Assembly (NCBI GenBank): GCA_963828255.1
Contig: CAWHDZ010000003.1
Coordinates: 64,001 to 128,000, forward strand
Direction of reading: 5' to 3'
DNA length: 64,000 bases
Source of the DNA: an uncultured delta proteobacterium
GTDB lineage: Bacteria > Myxococcota > Myxococcia > Myxococcales > Anaeromyxobacteraceae
A model generated the notes under the pieces. It was not told where the DNA came from. It made no database searches and was given only the letters and a program-made list of their open reading frames with translations. Positions 12,301 to 18,773 of this stretch are shown here, one piece after another. The translations under genes were made by a program, and so were the position numbers. Each line of letters begins with the position of its first letter. Position 1 is the stretch's first letter.

Positions 12301-12453
12301 CTGCAGGTTGCGCGGCGGCTCGTGTTGGAGGAAAAGGCGCAGGTGTCGAAGCTGCAGGACGAGGCCAAGGTGCGCGATCTGGTTCAGTTCTGCCTCTCCG
12401 AGGACTGGGCGGTTCTCCGCGATGCGCTCGGACTCTCGGTGGCGGCGAGGTGA
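3376..12453 (+). CDS. gltI: Giant TPR-repeat protein, gliding-motility AgmK/GltI-like
   Basis: 3025 aa of TPR-like repeats; lies directly upstream of a GltJ-like gene as agmK-agmX do in Myxococcus. Confidence 0.7.
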   Translation: MSTPTRTNSSSDSIDEAARQKIQSITILEREAREEGDGASAAALLRRGATLARELPDLGRAEALLLRALARLPGDPEMLRELAAVREQAGNLAGVAAVLEEEADRTSRPAEAAQRYLALARWWEERIGRRDRAALFYGRAFRIDPDLAEARRGAVSCAKALGRYAQAKKLLDAWRDAGGDRAELAVAYAHLGVGLVDEPLEHALALDATVEAMLLDRGAPGAAETLERLRSAPRTWRDQAAALVQRAAVERDRKEAARIWLRLAALHVAYDPDGASMAREAFDRAWLASPGHPRALDLLERWHGERGEWTTLREELTRLARSSRDLAAAVAANLRLSQLLLVQFGDADGARDALARALDLDPANDEAALHLFEAHVDAGREADALSVLERHLDARPHRPEHALLRLRGAEMAISAGQQARARRMLEAALRESPGFTPAARLLLPLLESAGDWPQLVETLQSVASSERDPAARASLLLRAAEVALEPVGDAAEAMRILTWALVSEPARAAARRQLEAVAARSGDYTGLSRAFLAGAAAAGADLGTRKALLRRAAEIEEHDLGHAEEAARVWRTLADLDPSDRGAASAYEAALSRAGRQAELIEDLTGRMATASGSDRRELSIKIARLHLEAGDAPRAEGAWRDVLAEDGTDPEALRGLATALRADGSEAAAGELCQVLARLSAQGAADRADLDAERAALLLHPLARPLDAAGAWLALLEGGGLAPPLAAQAVRALEDLLASGIDPVRIARALAPVHAAGGDAGRHVEMLEVIARDESADPSDRARMWLDVSAIRQDRLGDARGALDAAAEALAQAPSHPEARRRVEDLATRARAYTELHALLVRAADALSRQPAEERSLRIRAAQLAEEELGSQEQAAMQLRRVRQVFPDDADALAGLTRLALAGERWEEARDLLADRERLEPPPPERAALATQRGDLLLERLHDPVAAVAAYRRALEFVPREQSARLLARTARALEAAGDRDGLAEVLEDLSHHPNLPPGLDLPTLPPPTDPLKRMELARERLSRDPHDVAAAAEMEQLAEELESPADLAWALEQRLSAALFDSDLAFRIAELRRTRLGDHAGALRLLAELAATDPDHPGARLSLLQIAREPGTVGRDALLQVDQLFVSPQDVESRITVREDRLAAEEDPGERAHLQGEIRTILEVDLADPSRALDAARGAFAEGGRAREEALADIPRLAEKSGRLDVLADVYAATAEAAFGAEAVDCLRLSARTRDRTGDVAAQLEAWRRLATAAPGDVEALEALDRVLSRERRTEELVPVLAGLAEARRNDPARRLEVLLRRAVLLEGMEDPHLAVDAFASVLEEFPQEGAALSGLARALARPGSRAAAARLLEKVHRASGDQDQLADLLELRLEDMAAEERPAALAELAGLRERAGKLSAAFEALARQYALERGDTAAEPRLRAELCRLADTAGIEERLAEILSGSLAEGLPDEAAIPVQTALAAIHRSRQAWGPLAAALQGRARLERDFRVRRELWREVAEVSGDQLSDADGAREAWREVAELLDQEGDDAAARPGGAEEAADARLRAGRIRMTRLGDGGGAVGSLRAALESVPGHAGALAAAEELSREPELLAANAPFFADVLSGEIAAAENAGKDAEADGLRIRLAALREEHLHDAAGALALLEEVLARHPGHGEALSRVESAMAHDPERAGAILEKAYTTTGRHGPLAALLTDRLPRLGEAGGGVALRLGALLEGPLGRPSEAPHFYEEARRLDPALAPRALLALERLYRKLERFGELATTLEALADAEPRPEERTGILFVLAQLCEEKLACPGRAADAYLRILDAQPGHPASLRALSRIAEATGGSDPGLAIRLWDRLSRWNEADRRPLDALRRLQGEQGDLVGLSATLRKLIPFEPGAERELRLTLAETLIAAGDVAAVVDEGRRAMALGAPSDADLDRLGAIFRAAGDADEGSRVLEAKAHRLGPGPEGAEAWRAVAADWASRGRTVESSAALGEAFSCDPGSRATFDALRALHAEAGDWGAWARVTELYVPRLTEAPERAGLLQELAEVLETRADNSAGAWNAWRRAFAEDPSSERALSALERLAPSNGGPAEIVPFLERAAEASSGERQGALLLRLAVLRGVDGGDAAGGAEAVRRALLADPACLAGVAEDDALPAAARARLLGWGAAALDGQGEAGRALGLLEAAHRIAPGDGDVAASLERCYREGGNAGRLADVLRIRASVEADPAARSRTLLELGELLDGLLDRPEEAEGAFREALALGIDPAAATGLHLRLARMRAQASGDPAEARADYEKVLALEPGNLVAIRALADLRSRAGDRAGFAEMLAAEARHGDDPARAADAFVEAGRLLELEGRPREEISGLYGDALARVPDHLPAALALSDILEASGDLAGVARLLDPAVARMGQGDPRELLRQLCRLGKAREHSGDAPGALAAYRRAREIDPTSLPALKGLAAILGPGGDAREALPVLEGLLSHHADALSPAEVAVASGWVGQILERQGVTERAVESFERALEIDPVHVPSLRGMARLLLAREDWPRAVGVLERLLRIPEVQADHAGAARLHLQLAEVLRDRVGDEELSLRHLELALDHDSRLVKAFAAMEQILAGKRRWRDLARAIERMIARLPRAPDTEKARAGLWKELASLQHRALGDLPAARIAYEQVVKDSPDDLDALQAYAELAAGVPGLEGVAADSLRSIALRQKDPSRSVSRLLAVQLARKDLDRAYAAADVLAHLLRTASPEELETVDRLRRLAREFATRSLDDVLWQRLLHERLRTGPVPAILSLLAREAGSIFVQSPKDLGLNPARDEIDLSTSGLVLANGIKYAARSLGIEGVRLFRMVGSPMRLGFANTDPPSLVAGEETYQDRPRRELWYVAARAVSYYRPELRLARLMPHDQLQAVFQAACCVGSPAFVPTAEPRMVQKMRGPIERVLRERGKLPVLERLAEEYAANARPGDVRAHMDAVELTSNRAGALLSGDLQVARRLVLEEKAQVSKLQDEAKVRDLVQFCLSEDWAVLRDALGLSVAAR

Positions 12454-12465
12454 GGGAGGCTGTCC

Positions 12466-13242
12466 ATGCGGTTCAGTTGTGAAGGCTGCAGCGCGAAGTA
12501 CATGATCTCCGACGACAAGGTCGGTCCCGCCGGCGTGAAGGTCCGCTGCAAGAAGTGCGGACACGTCACGCTGGTGCGGCGGGCCGAGCCGGAGGGCGCG
12601 GTCACCCCCGCGCCCACGGGTCCCCTTTCGGCCGAATGGTGGGTGGCCATCGGCGAGCAGCCCGTGGGTCCGGTGGGGGTCGAGGTGCTCCAGCACCACT
12701 GGGACCAGGGCGAGATCGGCCCGGAGAGCCTGGTCTGGTACTCGGGGCTCCCCGAGTGGGCGCCCCTCTCCTCGGTGCCCGAGCTTCACTCCCACCTCGG
12801 CGGCGGCACGCCAGGGGCCCCTCCGGCCGCGGCCCCGATGCCCCCGTCGGCCCCTCCGCCTGCCCCCGCGCCCGACGCGCCCGACGAGGAGTGGCGCCCC
12901 GGGGCGGCCTCCGCGCTGGCCGCGCTGGAGGACACCCGTTCCCAGGACGTGGACCTCCCGGCCGTCGAGACCGCCGCCCGGTCGGATGCGCAGCCTGCCG
13001 CCGCGCCGACTCCGACCGAGGGTCATTTCGTCGGGACCGACCCAACCGGGGTGAAGCCCCTTCCCATGGCGGGGCTCGAGCGGACGGGGGAGAGGCGCAT
13101 CTCCACCACTCCGGGGACGCGCGGCCAGAGGGCCCGGCAGCGGGTTCCGGAGCCCGAGAGCCGCTCGCTCACCGTGGTCCTGCTGGTGGCGCTGGCGGTC
13201 GTGGCGGTGCTGGCCGCCGGCCTCTGGTGGATGACGAAGTAG
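12466..13242 (+). CDS. gltJ: GltJ/AgmX-like protein: zinc ribbon, GYF_2 domain, Pro-rich linker, C-terminal TM helix
   Basis: MRFSCEGCSAKYMISDDKVGPAGVKVRCKKC zinc ribbon; WWVAIGEQPVGP...LVWYSGLPEWAP GYF_2 motif. Confidence 0.75.
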   Translation: MRFSCEGCSAKYMISDDKVGPAGVKVRCKKCGHVTLVRRAEPEGAVTPAPTGPLSAEWWVAIGEQPVGPVGVEVLQHHWDQGEIGPESLVWYSGLPEWAPLSSVPELHSHLGGGTPGAPPAAAPMPPSAPPPAPAPDAPDEEWRPGAASALAALEDTRSQDVDLPAVETAARSDAQPAAAPTPTEGHFVGTDPTGVKPLPMAGLERTGERRISTTPGTRGQRARQRVPEPESRSLTVVLLVALAVVAVLAAGLWWMTK

Positions 13243-13254
13243 CGGGCCCCCAGC

Positions 13255-14244
13255 GTGGACGTGGCCGACCAGGAGGTGCTGCGCCTCATCCTGAAGGGCG
13301 GCTCGGTCATCGACTGGCGCCGCCTGCACTTCCGGGACGCCGCCGAGGTGGACCGCTTCCTCCACCTCCACCTCTTCGACCTGGAGGACCCGCGCGACGA
13401 GGCGCGGCTGCGGGCCGTGCTGGCCCAGGCCGTCGAGTACCTCCGCACTGCCTACGGGTACCGGGTTGCGGCGGCGGTGGCCGCGCCCGGGGACCTCCGG
13501 ACCCTCTTCCTGCTCGCGAGCGGCGTGGCCGAGCCCTCCCGCTACCGCCGCATCGCCTGCGTGGTGCTCAAGGTGATGCACGTGGTCCACCACGTGGAGG
13601 CCCGCGAGCTGCTCTTCCGCACCCCCCTGCGCGAGTCGGACCTGGTCGACCGGGTGGAGCGCAGGGTCATGGCGGTGGCCCGCCGCATGGCCGAGGCCGG
13701 CCAGCCCGTGGTGGAGTTCCAGGGCAACCGCAAGTCGCGGGACTCGCTGGTGACGAAGCTGCTCGTGAAGAAGGAGTCGGTCGCGGCGCAGGTCTTCGAC
13801 CGGGTCCGTTACCGCATCCTCACGCGGAGTGCGGCTGACGTTGCGCCGGTGCTCCGCCAGCTCTGGCACGAGCTCTTCCCCTTCAACTACGTGGTCCCGG
13901 GCCAGTCGGAGAACTCGCTCGTTCCGGTCCGCAGGGGCGATCCCGCCCGGTCCAGGCGGGTCAACCCGTTCAGCGAGGCCACCTACCGGGCGCTCCACTT
14001 CGTGGTGGACCTCCCGGTGCGCATCGACGACCTTCTCCCGCCGACCCCGCCCGGAGACGGGGAGGACCTGGGGCGGATCGTCTTCTCGATGGTCGAGTTC
14101 CAGGTGATGGACGAGGAGACGTCGCGCCGGAACGAGCAGGGCGTCGCCAACCACAGGAGGTACAAGAAGCGCCAGGCGGTGTCGGCGCTGCGGCGGCTGT
14201 CGCGTGGCCTGGTGGTGCCGAGAAAGAGGAAGGCGAGGGTGTAG
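13255..14244 (+). CDS. TIGR04552-like protein with RelA/SpoT-type nucleotidyltransferase motifs
   Basis: LRLILKGGSVIDW N-terminus; NRKSRDSLVTKL, VFDRVRYRIL, YRALHFVV, MVEFQVMD motifs. Confidence 0.75.
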   Translation: MDVADQEVLRLILKGGSVIDWRRLHFRDAAEVDRFLHLHLFDLEDPRDEARLRAVLAQAVEYLRTAYGYRVAAAVAAPGDLRTLFLLASGVAEPSRYRRIACVVLKVMHVVHHVEARELLFRTPLRESDLVDRVERRVMAVARRMAEAGQPVVEFQGNRKSRDSLVTKLLVKKESVAAQVFDRVRYRILTRSAADVAPVLRQLWHELFPFNYVVPGQSENSLVPVRRGDPARSRRVNPFSEATYRALHFVVDLPVRIDDLLPPTPPGDGEDLGRIVFSMVEFQVMDEETSRRNEQGVANHRRYKKRQAVSALRRLSRGLVVPRKRKARV

Positions 14245-15891
14245 CTACTTCCTCTTCCGCGCCTTCTTGCGCGCCTGGCGCTCCCGCTTGCGCTTCTTGT
14301 TGCGGGCGTCGCGATCGGCTGCACTCTCGGTCGAGATGGGCTCGGGCGCGTAGCCCATGAGCCGGGCCCGGGCCAGCGCGCCGGCCGGCAGCCGCGGCTG
14401 CATCCCCCGGGGCAGCCCGGCCATCTGGCCGGCCATCTGCGACGGGTCGGGGGTGCCGCCCTCCATGAGCTGCTCGAACGCCGCGGCGTCGTCGCCGAGG
14501 ACGTCGTCCATGCCCTGGCCCTTGGACCTTCGGAGGCTGGCGAGCTGCTTCATGCCGGGCAGCCGCGAGAGCAGCCCGGGCGCCGAGCCCACCATCTTCA
14601 TCATGCCCTTCATGCCGTGGTACTGCTTCAGGAGGTCCTTGACCTCCTTCTCCTTGCGGCCGGACCCCTTGGCGATGCGCCGCATGCGCGACTCGTTGAG
14701 CGAGTCGGGACGGGCCCTTTCACCCGGGGTCATCGAATCCACCATGGCGACGATGCGGCCCAGCGCCTTCTCGTCGAACTGGAACCCCTCGGGCATCTCC
14801 CCGAAGATGGGGAACTTCTCCATCAGGTCGCCGATGGGCCCCATCTTGCGGATGGTGCGGATCTGCTTCACGAAGTCGTCGAGGGTGAAGTCGCCGGAGA
14901 GGAGCTTCTTGGCGTCGGCCTCGGCCTGCTCCTCGTCGACGTGGGCCTCGAAGTCCTTCATGAGGCCGACGACGTCGCCGAACCCCAGGATGCGGCCGGC
15001 CAGCCCCTCGGGGCGGAACTCCTCGAGCTTGTCGAGCTGCTCGCCCATGCCCAGGAACTTGATGGGCTTGCCGGTGACCTCCTTGATGGAGAGCGCCGCG
15101 CCGCCGCGGGCGTCGCCGTCGAGCTTGGTGAGCACGAAGCCGTCGATGCCGATGCGCCGGTCGAACTCGGACGCGGTGCGCACCGCGTCCTGGCCGATCA
15201 TGGCGTCGCAGACCAGCAGGGTGTTCTCGGGCTTGACCGCGCTCTTCACCTGCTCGAGCTCGGTCATGAGGGCGTCGTCGATGGCGAGGCGGCCGGCGGT
15301 GTCGTAGATGACGACGTCGGTCCTCTCGCGGGAGGCCTTCTCGTGGGCGCGGCGGCACAGCTCGGGCGGGGCCAGCCCTGCCTCGTGGAAGACCGGAACG
15401 CCGAGCTTCTCGCCGAGCTGACGGAGCTGCTCGACCGCGGCGGGGCGCTGCACGTCGGCGGCCACCAGGAGGATCGACTTCCCCTCCTTCAGGTAGCGGT
15501 TGGCGATCTTGGCCGCGGTGGTGGTCTTGCCGGAGCCCTGGAGCCCCACCATCATGACGCCGGTTGGCTTCCTGGCGCCCACCACGAGGGACGTGTCCAC
15601 GGGGCCCATGAGGGCCTCGAGCTCGTCGTGGCAGATCTTGACGAAGTGGTCCTGCGGCGTGACCCGGACGGTCCCCTTGCCGGTCTTGACCTTGGTCTCC
15701 ACCACCTCGCCCACGGCCTTCTCGCGGACCCGGGCGACGAAGCGCTTCACCACGTCGAAGGAGACGTCGGCCTCGAGCAGCGCCACGCGGATGTCGCGCA
15801 GCGCGTCATCGACGACCTCCGAGGTGATCTCGGTTCGCCCCTTGAGCTTGTTCCTGGCGGCCTTGAAGCCTCTGGCGACGGTTTCCAGCAT
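14245..15891 (-). CDS. ffh: Signal recognition particle protein Ffh
   Basis: ALLEADV, GLQGSGKTTT, DTAGR, TKLDGDARGG, GMGE and Met-rich M domain; start at MLETVARG. Confidence 0.97.
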   Translation of the reverse strand: MLETVARGFKAARNKLKGRTEITSEVVDDALRDIRVALLEADVSFDVVKRFVARVREKAVGEVVETKVKTGKGTVRVTPQDHFVKICHDELEALMGPVDTSLVVGARKPTGVMMVGLQGSGKTTTAAKIANRYLKEGKSILLVAADVQRPAAVEQLRQLGEKLGVPVFHEAGLAPPELCRRAHEKASRERTDVVIYDTAGRLAIDDALMTELEQVKSAVKPENTLLVCDAMIGQDAVRTASEFDRRIGIDGFVLTKLDGDARGGAALSIKEVTGKPIKFLGMGEQLDKLEEFRPEGLAGRILGFGDVVGLMKDFEAHVDEEQAEADAKKLLSGDFTLDDFVKQIRTIRKMGPIGDLMEKFPIFGEMPEGFQFDEKALGRIVAMVDSMTPGERARPDSLNESRMRRIAKGSGRKEKEVKDLLKQYHGMKGMMKMVGSAPGLLSRLPGMKQLASLRRSKGQGMDDVLGDDAAAFEQLMEGGTPDPSQMAGQMAGLPRGMQPRLPAGALARARLMGYAPEPISTESAADRDARNKKRKRERQARKKARKRK

Positions 15892-15933
15892 CTGGGGCTG
15901 CACCCTTTCGAGGAGGGGGCTTATAACACGGTC

Positions 15934-16389
15934 ATGGCTCCGCGACCGCCCCCACAGGGGCCCCGGATGTTCACCGTCGAGGAGGCGAACGACCTCGTCC
16001 CCGACCTGGAACTGGCCTTCGGCCAGCTGGGCCGGCTGCGCGCCGAGGCCAGCGTCCTCGTCGAGGCGCTGGGGGGAGGGGAGGCCGCCATGGAGATCCT
16101 GAACGGCCGGGCACCCGAGCCGGCGCTCGAGTCCCACGCCCGGCGCTTCCGGGTGGTGGTCGAGGAGATCAACGGCGTCGTCGAGCAGGTGAACGAGCTG
16201 GGATGCCTCGTGAAGGACATCGACGCGGGGCTGGTGGACTTCTACGGGATCCAGGAGGGGGAGCCGATCTTCCTCTGCTGGCAGTTCGGGGAGCCGGCCG
16301 TGGCCCACTGGCACCCGGTCGAGGAGGGGTTCGCCTCCCGCCGGCCCATCGAGGGGGTTTCGATCGAGCCCCCGCCTTTCCCGAACTGA
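15934..16389 (+). CDS. DUF2203 family protein
   Basis: FTVEEANDLVP...GCLVKDIDAGLVDF...FLCWQFGE...WHPVEEGFASRRP. Confidence 0.85.
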   Translation: MAPRPPPQGPRMFTVEEANDLVPDLELAFGQLGRLRAEASVLVEALGGGEAAMEILNGRAPEPALESHARRFRVVVEEINGVVEQVNELGCLVKDIDAGLVDFYGIQEGEPIFLCWQFGEPAVAHWHPVEEGFASRRPIEGVSIEPPPFPN

Positions 16390-17579
16390 TGTGGAATGCG
16401 GGCATGAACTTCCGGACCGGCCTGGCCGTCCTGGCGCTCGCGACGGTGGTCGCCTGCGCCAGCCCCTTCCGCAAGCCCGACGCCTTCTACGCCCCGCCCG
16501 CGCCCTTCCCGGCCGGCAAGCCGGGCGACCTTCTCCGATCGGAGCCGGTCGAGGGGGGACCGGACGGCGCCCGGTCCTGGCGCATCCTCTACCGCTCCAC
16601 CGGGATGAAGGGGGAACCGATCGTGGTGTCCGGCCTGCTCGTCGTCCCGGACGCCCCCGCGCCGGCGGGCGGGCGCGGCGTGGTGGCCTGGGCCCACCCC
16701 ACCATCGGCGTGGCCCGGGACTGCGCTCCGTCGTTGCAGACGAACTGGAAGAAGACCATCCCCGGCCTCGACCTCATGGTGAAGGCGGGGCAGGTGGTGG
16801 TGGCCACCGACTACGCCGGGCTGGGCACGCCCGGACAGCACCCGTACCTGGTGGGCGCCAGCGCGGCCCGGGCCGTCCTCGACTCGGTGCGGGCCGCACG
16901 CAACGTGAAGGAGGCCGCGGCGGGGAGCCGGTTCGTGGTCTGGGGGCATTCGCAGGGCGGGCACGCCGCGCTCTTCACCGGGCAGATGGCCGCCGCCCTC
17001 GCCCCGGAGCTCACGCTGGCCGGCGTGGCCGCGGCCGCGCCCGCGACCGACCTCGCCAGGCTCCTCGAGCAGGACATCGGGACCAAGCTCGGGAACGTCC
17101 TCGCCGCCGAGGCGCTGGTCTCGTGGTCGAAGGTGTTCGAAGCGCCCATGTCCGAGGTGCTCCACCCGGACGCGATCCCGGTGGTGGAGAGGGTGGCGGC
17201 GCGGTGCATCCGCGACCCCGGCGAGGGGCTCCTGGCCTTCTCCGACGCCGTGCCGCTCCGCGATGGTTTCCTCACCGTGAAGATGTCCGACGTCCAGCCC
17301 TGGGCATCGATCATGAAGGAGAACTCCCCCGGGGCGTCGCCCATCACCGCCCCGGTCTTCATCTCCCAGGGGTCGATCGACACCGTGGTGGCCCCCGCGG
17401 TCACCGCCCTGTTCGCCGGGGGCGTCTGCGCCCGGGGGACCTCGGTGCGCTACCTCGCGATGCCGGACGAGGGGCACATCCTCATCGCCTACCGCTCGGC
17501 GGAGGAGGCGGTGGCCTGGATGACCGATCGCCTCGCCGGAAAGCCCGCGCCGGACGAATGCGTGCGGGACGGGAGATAG
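16389..17579 (+). CDS. Secreted lipase (LIP-type alpha/beta hydrolase), probable lipoprotein
   Basis: Lipobox-like VVAC; AWAHPT, ATDYAGLG, WGHSQGG nucleophile elbow; start may be 16404. Confidence 0.85.
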   Translation: MWNAGMNFRTGLAVLALATVVACASPFRKPDAFYAPPAPFPAGKPGDLLRSEPVEGGPDGARSWRILYRSTGMKGEPIVVSGLLVVPDAPAPAGGRGVVAWAHPTIGVARDCAPSLQTNWKKTIPGLDLMVKAGQVVVATDYAGLGTPGQHPYLVGASAARAVLDSVRAARNVKEAAAGSRFVVWGHSQGGHAALFTGQMAAALAPELTLAGVAAAAPATDLARLLEQDIGTKLGNVLAAEALVSWSKVFEAPMSEVLHPDAIPVVERVAARCIRDPGEGLLAFSDAVPLRDGFLTVKMSDVQPWASIMKENSPGASPITAPVFISQGSIDTVVAPAVTALFAGGVCARGTSVRYLAMPDEGHILIAYRSAEEAVAWMTDRLAGKPAPDECVRDGR

Positions 17580-17661
17580 GGCCGCCCGGAGTCGAACCGG
17601 GACGCCGCCTGCGCGGCAGCGGATTTTAAATCCGCCGCGTCTACCGTTTCGCCACGGCCCC
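17577..17661 (-). tRNA. tRNA-Leu(UAA), CCA not encoded
   Basis: GGGGCCG/CGGCCCT acceptor stem, anticodon arm GCGGA-TTTAAAA-TCCGC, long variable arm, GGTTCGACTCC T-arm. Confidence 0.93.
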
Positions 17662-17697
17662 GGGAGGAGGATACCCGGTCCCGACCCTCATGGCGCC

Positions 17698-18720
17698 TCA
17701 CCGCACGAATCGCGCCTCGAAGTGGGCCCGGAGCTTCGGGTTCTTCCTGAGCAGCCCCAGCGACAGGTCGGCGTGGCCGGGGACGTACCCGTTCCCGATG
17801 AGGAGCGTCGCGTCCTTGCCGACCCCCTCCGCGCCCAGGGCCGCGGCCGTGAAGCTCGTCGCCATGGAGAAGAAGATCACCGTGCCGCCGTCGCGGACGA
17901 GCAGCAGGGTCGAGATCTCCGTCCCGGGCACGTTGGCGCAGTTCACGACCAGGTCGAAGAGGCCGCCCGCCGACTCGACCCGCTGGAGCGCATCGACGCC
18001 GCGGGTGGCGTCGAGCAACAGGGTCCGGTCCACCACCCCGATGGCCTGGAGGTCGGCCAGAGCCTTCTCCGACAGGTCCGCCGCCACCACCTCGCCCGAT
18101 CCGGCGAGCGTCTCCATGGCCTGGGCGCAGACCAGCGCGCCCGACTTCCCCGCCCCGATGACGAGCACGCGGGCGCCCGGGCGGGCGTACCGGGCCACCA
18201 GCGCCGGCGCCCCGCAGACGTCGAGGGCGGCGAGCGCCAGGGCGTAGGGCATGTCGTCGGGGAGCTTCGCCCAGAGGCCGGTTGCGAAGAGGATGGCGCT
18301 CCCGCGCACGTCGAGTCGCTCCACCTCGGGGTGGACGCCCAGGAGCTCGTCGATTCGCAAAGGCGTGAGGGTGAGCGAGACCAGCGTGGCGATGCGGTCG
18401 CCCACCGCGAGGTCGCCGCCGGCCGGGTGGCGCTGGCCGATCTCCCGCACCCGGCCGATGAGCATGCCCCCCGAGCCGGTGACCGGGTTGTGCATCTTGC
18501 CCCGCTCCGCGACGATGCGCACGACCTCCGCGCCGATGCGGGCCGGGTCTCCCCCCACGGCGTCCGCGATCTGCCGGAAGCTCGCCGAGTCGACGTTGAG
18601 CGCGTCCACGTCGATGGCGAGCTCGTCGTCGCCGAGCGGGAGGTCGGGGTCGAGCCGGTCGGCCCGCTGGGGCAGCACGCCGGCGGGGGAGACCACGCGT
18701 CTCAGTCCGTAGGGGTCCAA
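17698..18720 (-). CDS. kdd: L-erythro-3,5-diaminohexanoate dehydrogenase
   Basis: DPYGLRRV...LNVDSASF...RGKMHNPVTGSGGML...ATLVSLTLTPL...GAGKSG...FFSMATSF...GNGY motifs. Confidence 0.88.
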   Translation of the reverse strand: MDPYGLRRVVSPAGVLPQRADRLDPDLPLGDDELAIDVDALNVDSASFRQIADAVGGDPARIGAEVVRIVAERGKMHNPVTGSGGMLIGRVREIGQRHPAGGDLAVGDRIATLVSLTLTPLRIDELLGVHPEVERLDVRGSAILFATGLWAKLPDDMPYALALAALDVCGAPALVARYARPGARVLVIGAGKSGALVCAQAMETLAGSGEVVAADLSEKALADLQAIGVVDRTLLLDATRGVDALQRVESAGGLFDLVVNCANVPGTEISTLLLVRDGGTVIFFSMATSFTAAALGAEGVGKDATLLIGNGYVPGHADLSLGLLRKNPKLRAHFEARFVR

Positions 18721-18773
18721 GGTGGTCCGAGATTAGCAGATCGTTGGCGGGTTTCCGGTTAGCATCCGGCCAC

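Noticed and set aside
15892..16314. N-terminal extension of Ffh in the ORF track
   Set aside because: Overlaps the divergent DUF2203 gene; Ffh similarity begins at 15891.
17698..18720. kdd without neighbouring lysine-fermentation genes as a novelty
   Set aside because: Partner genes may lie elsewhere in the genome; cannot be judged from this window.
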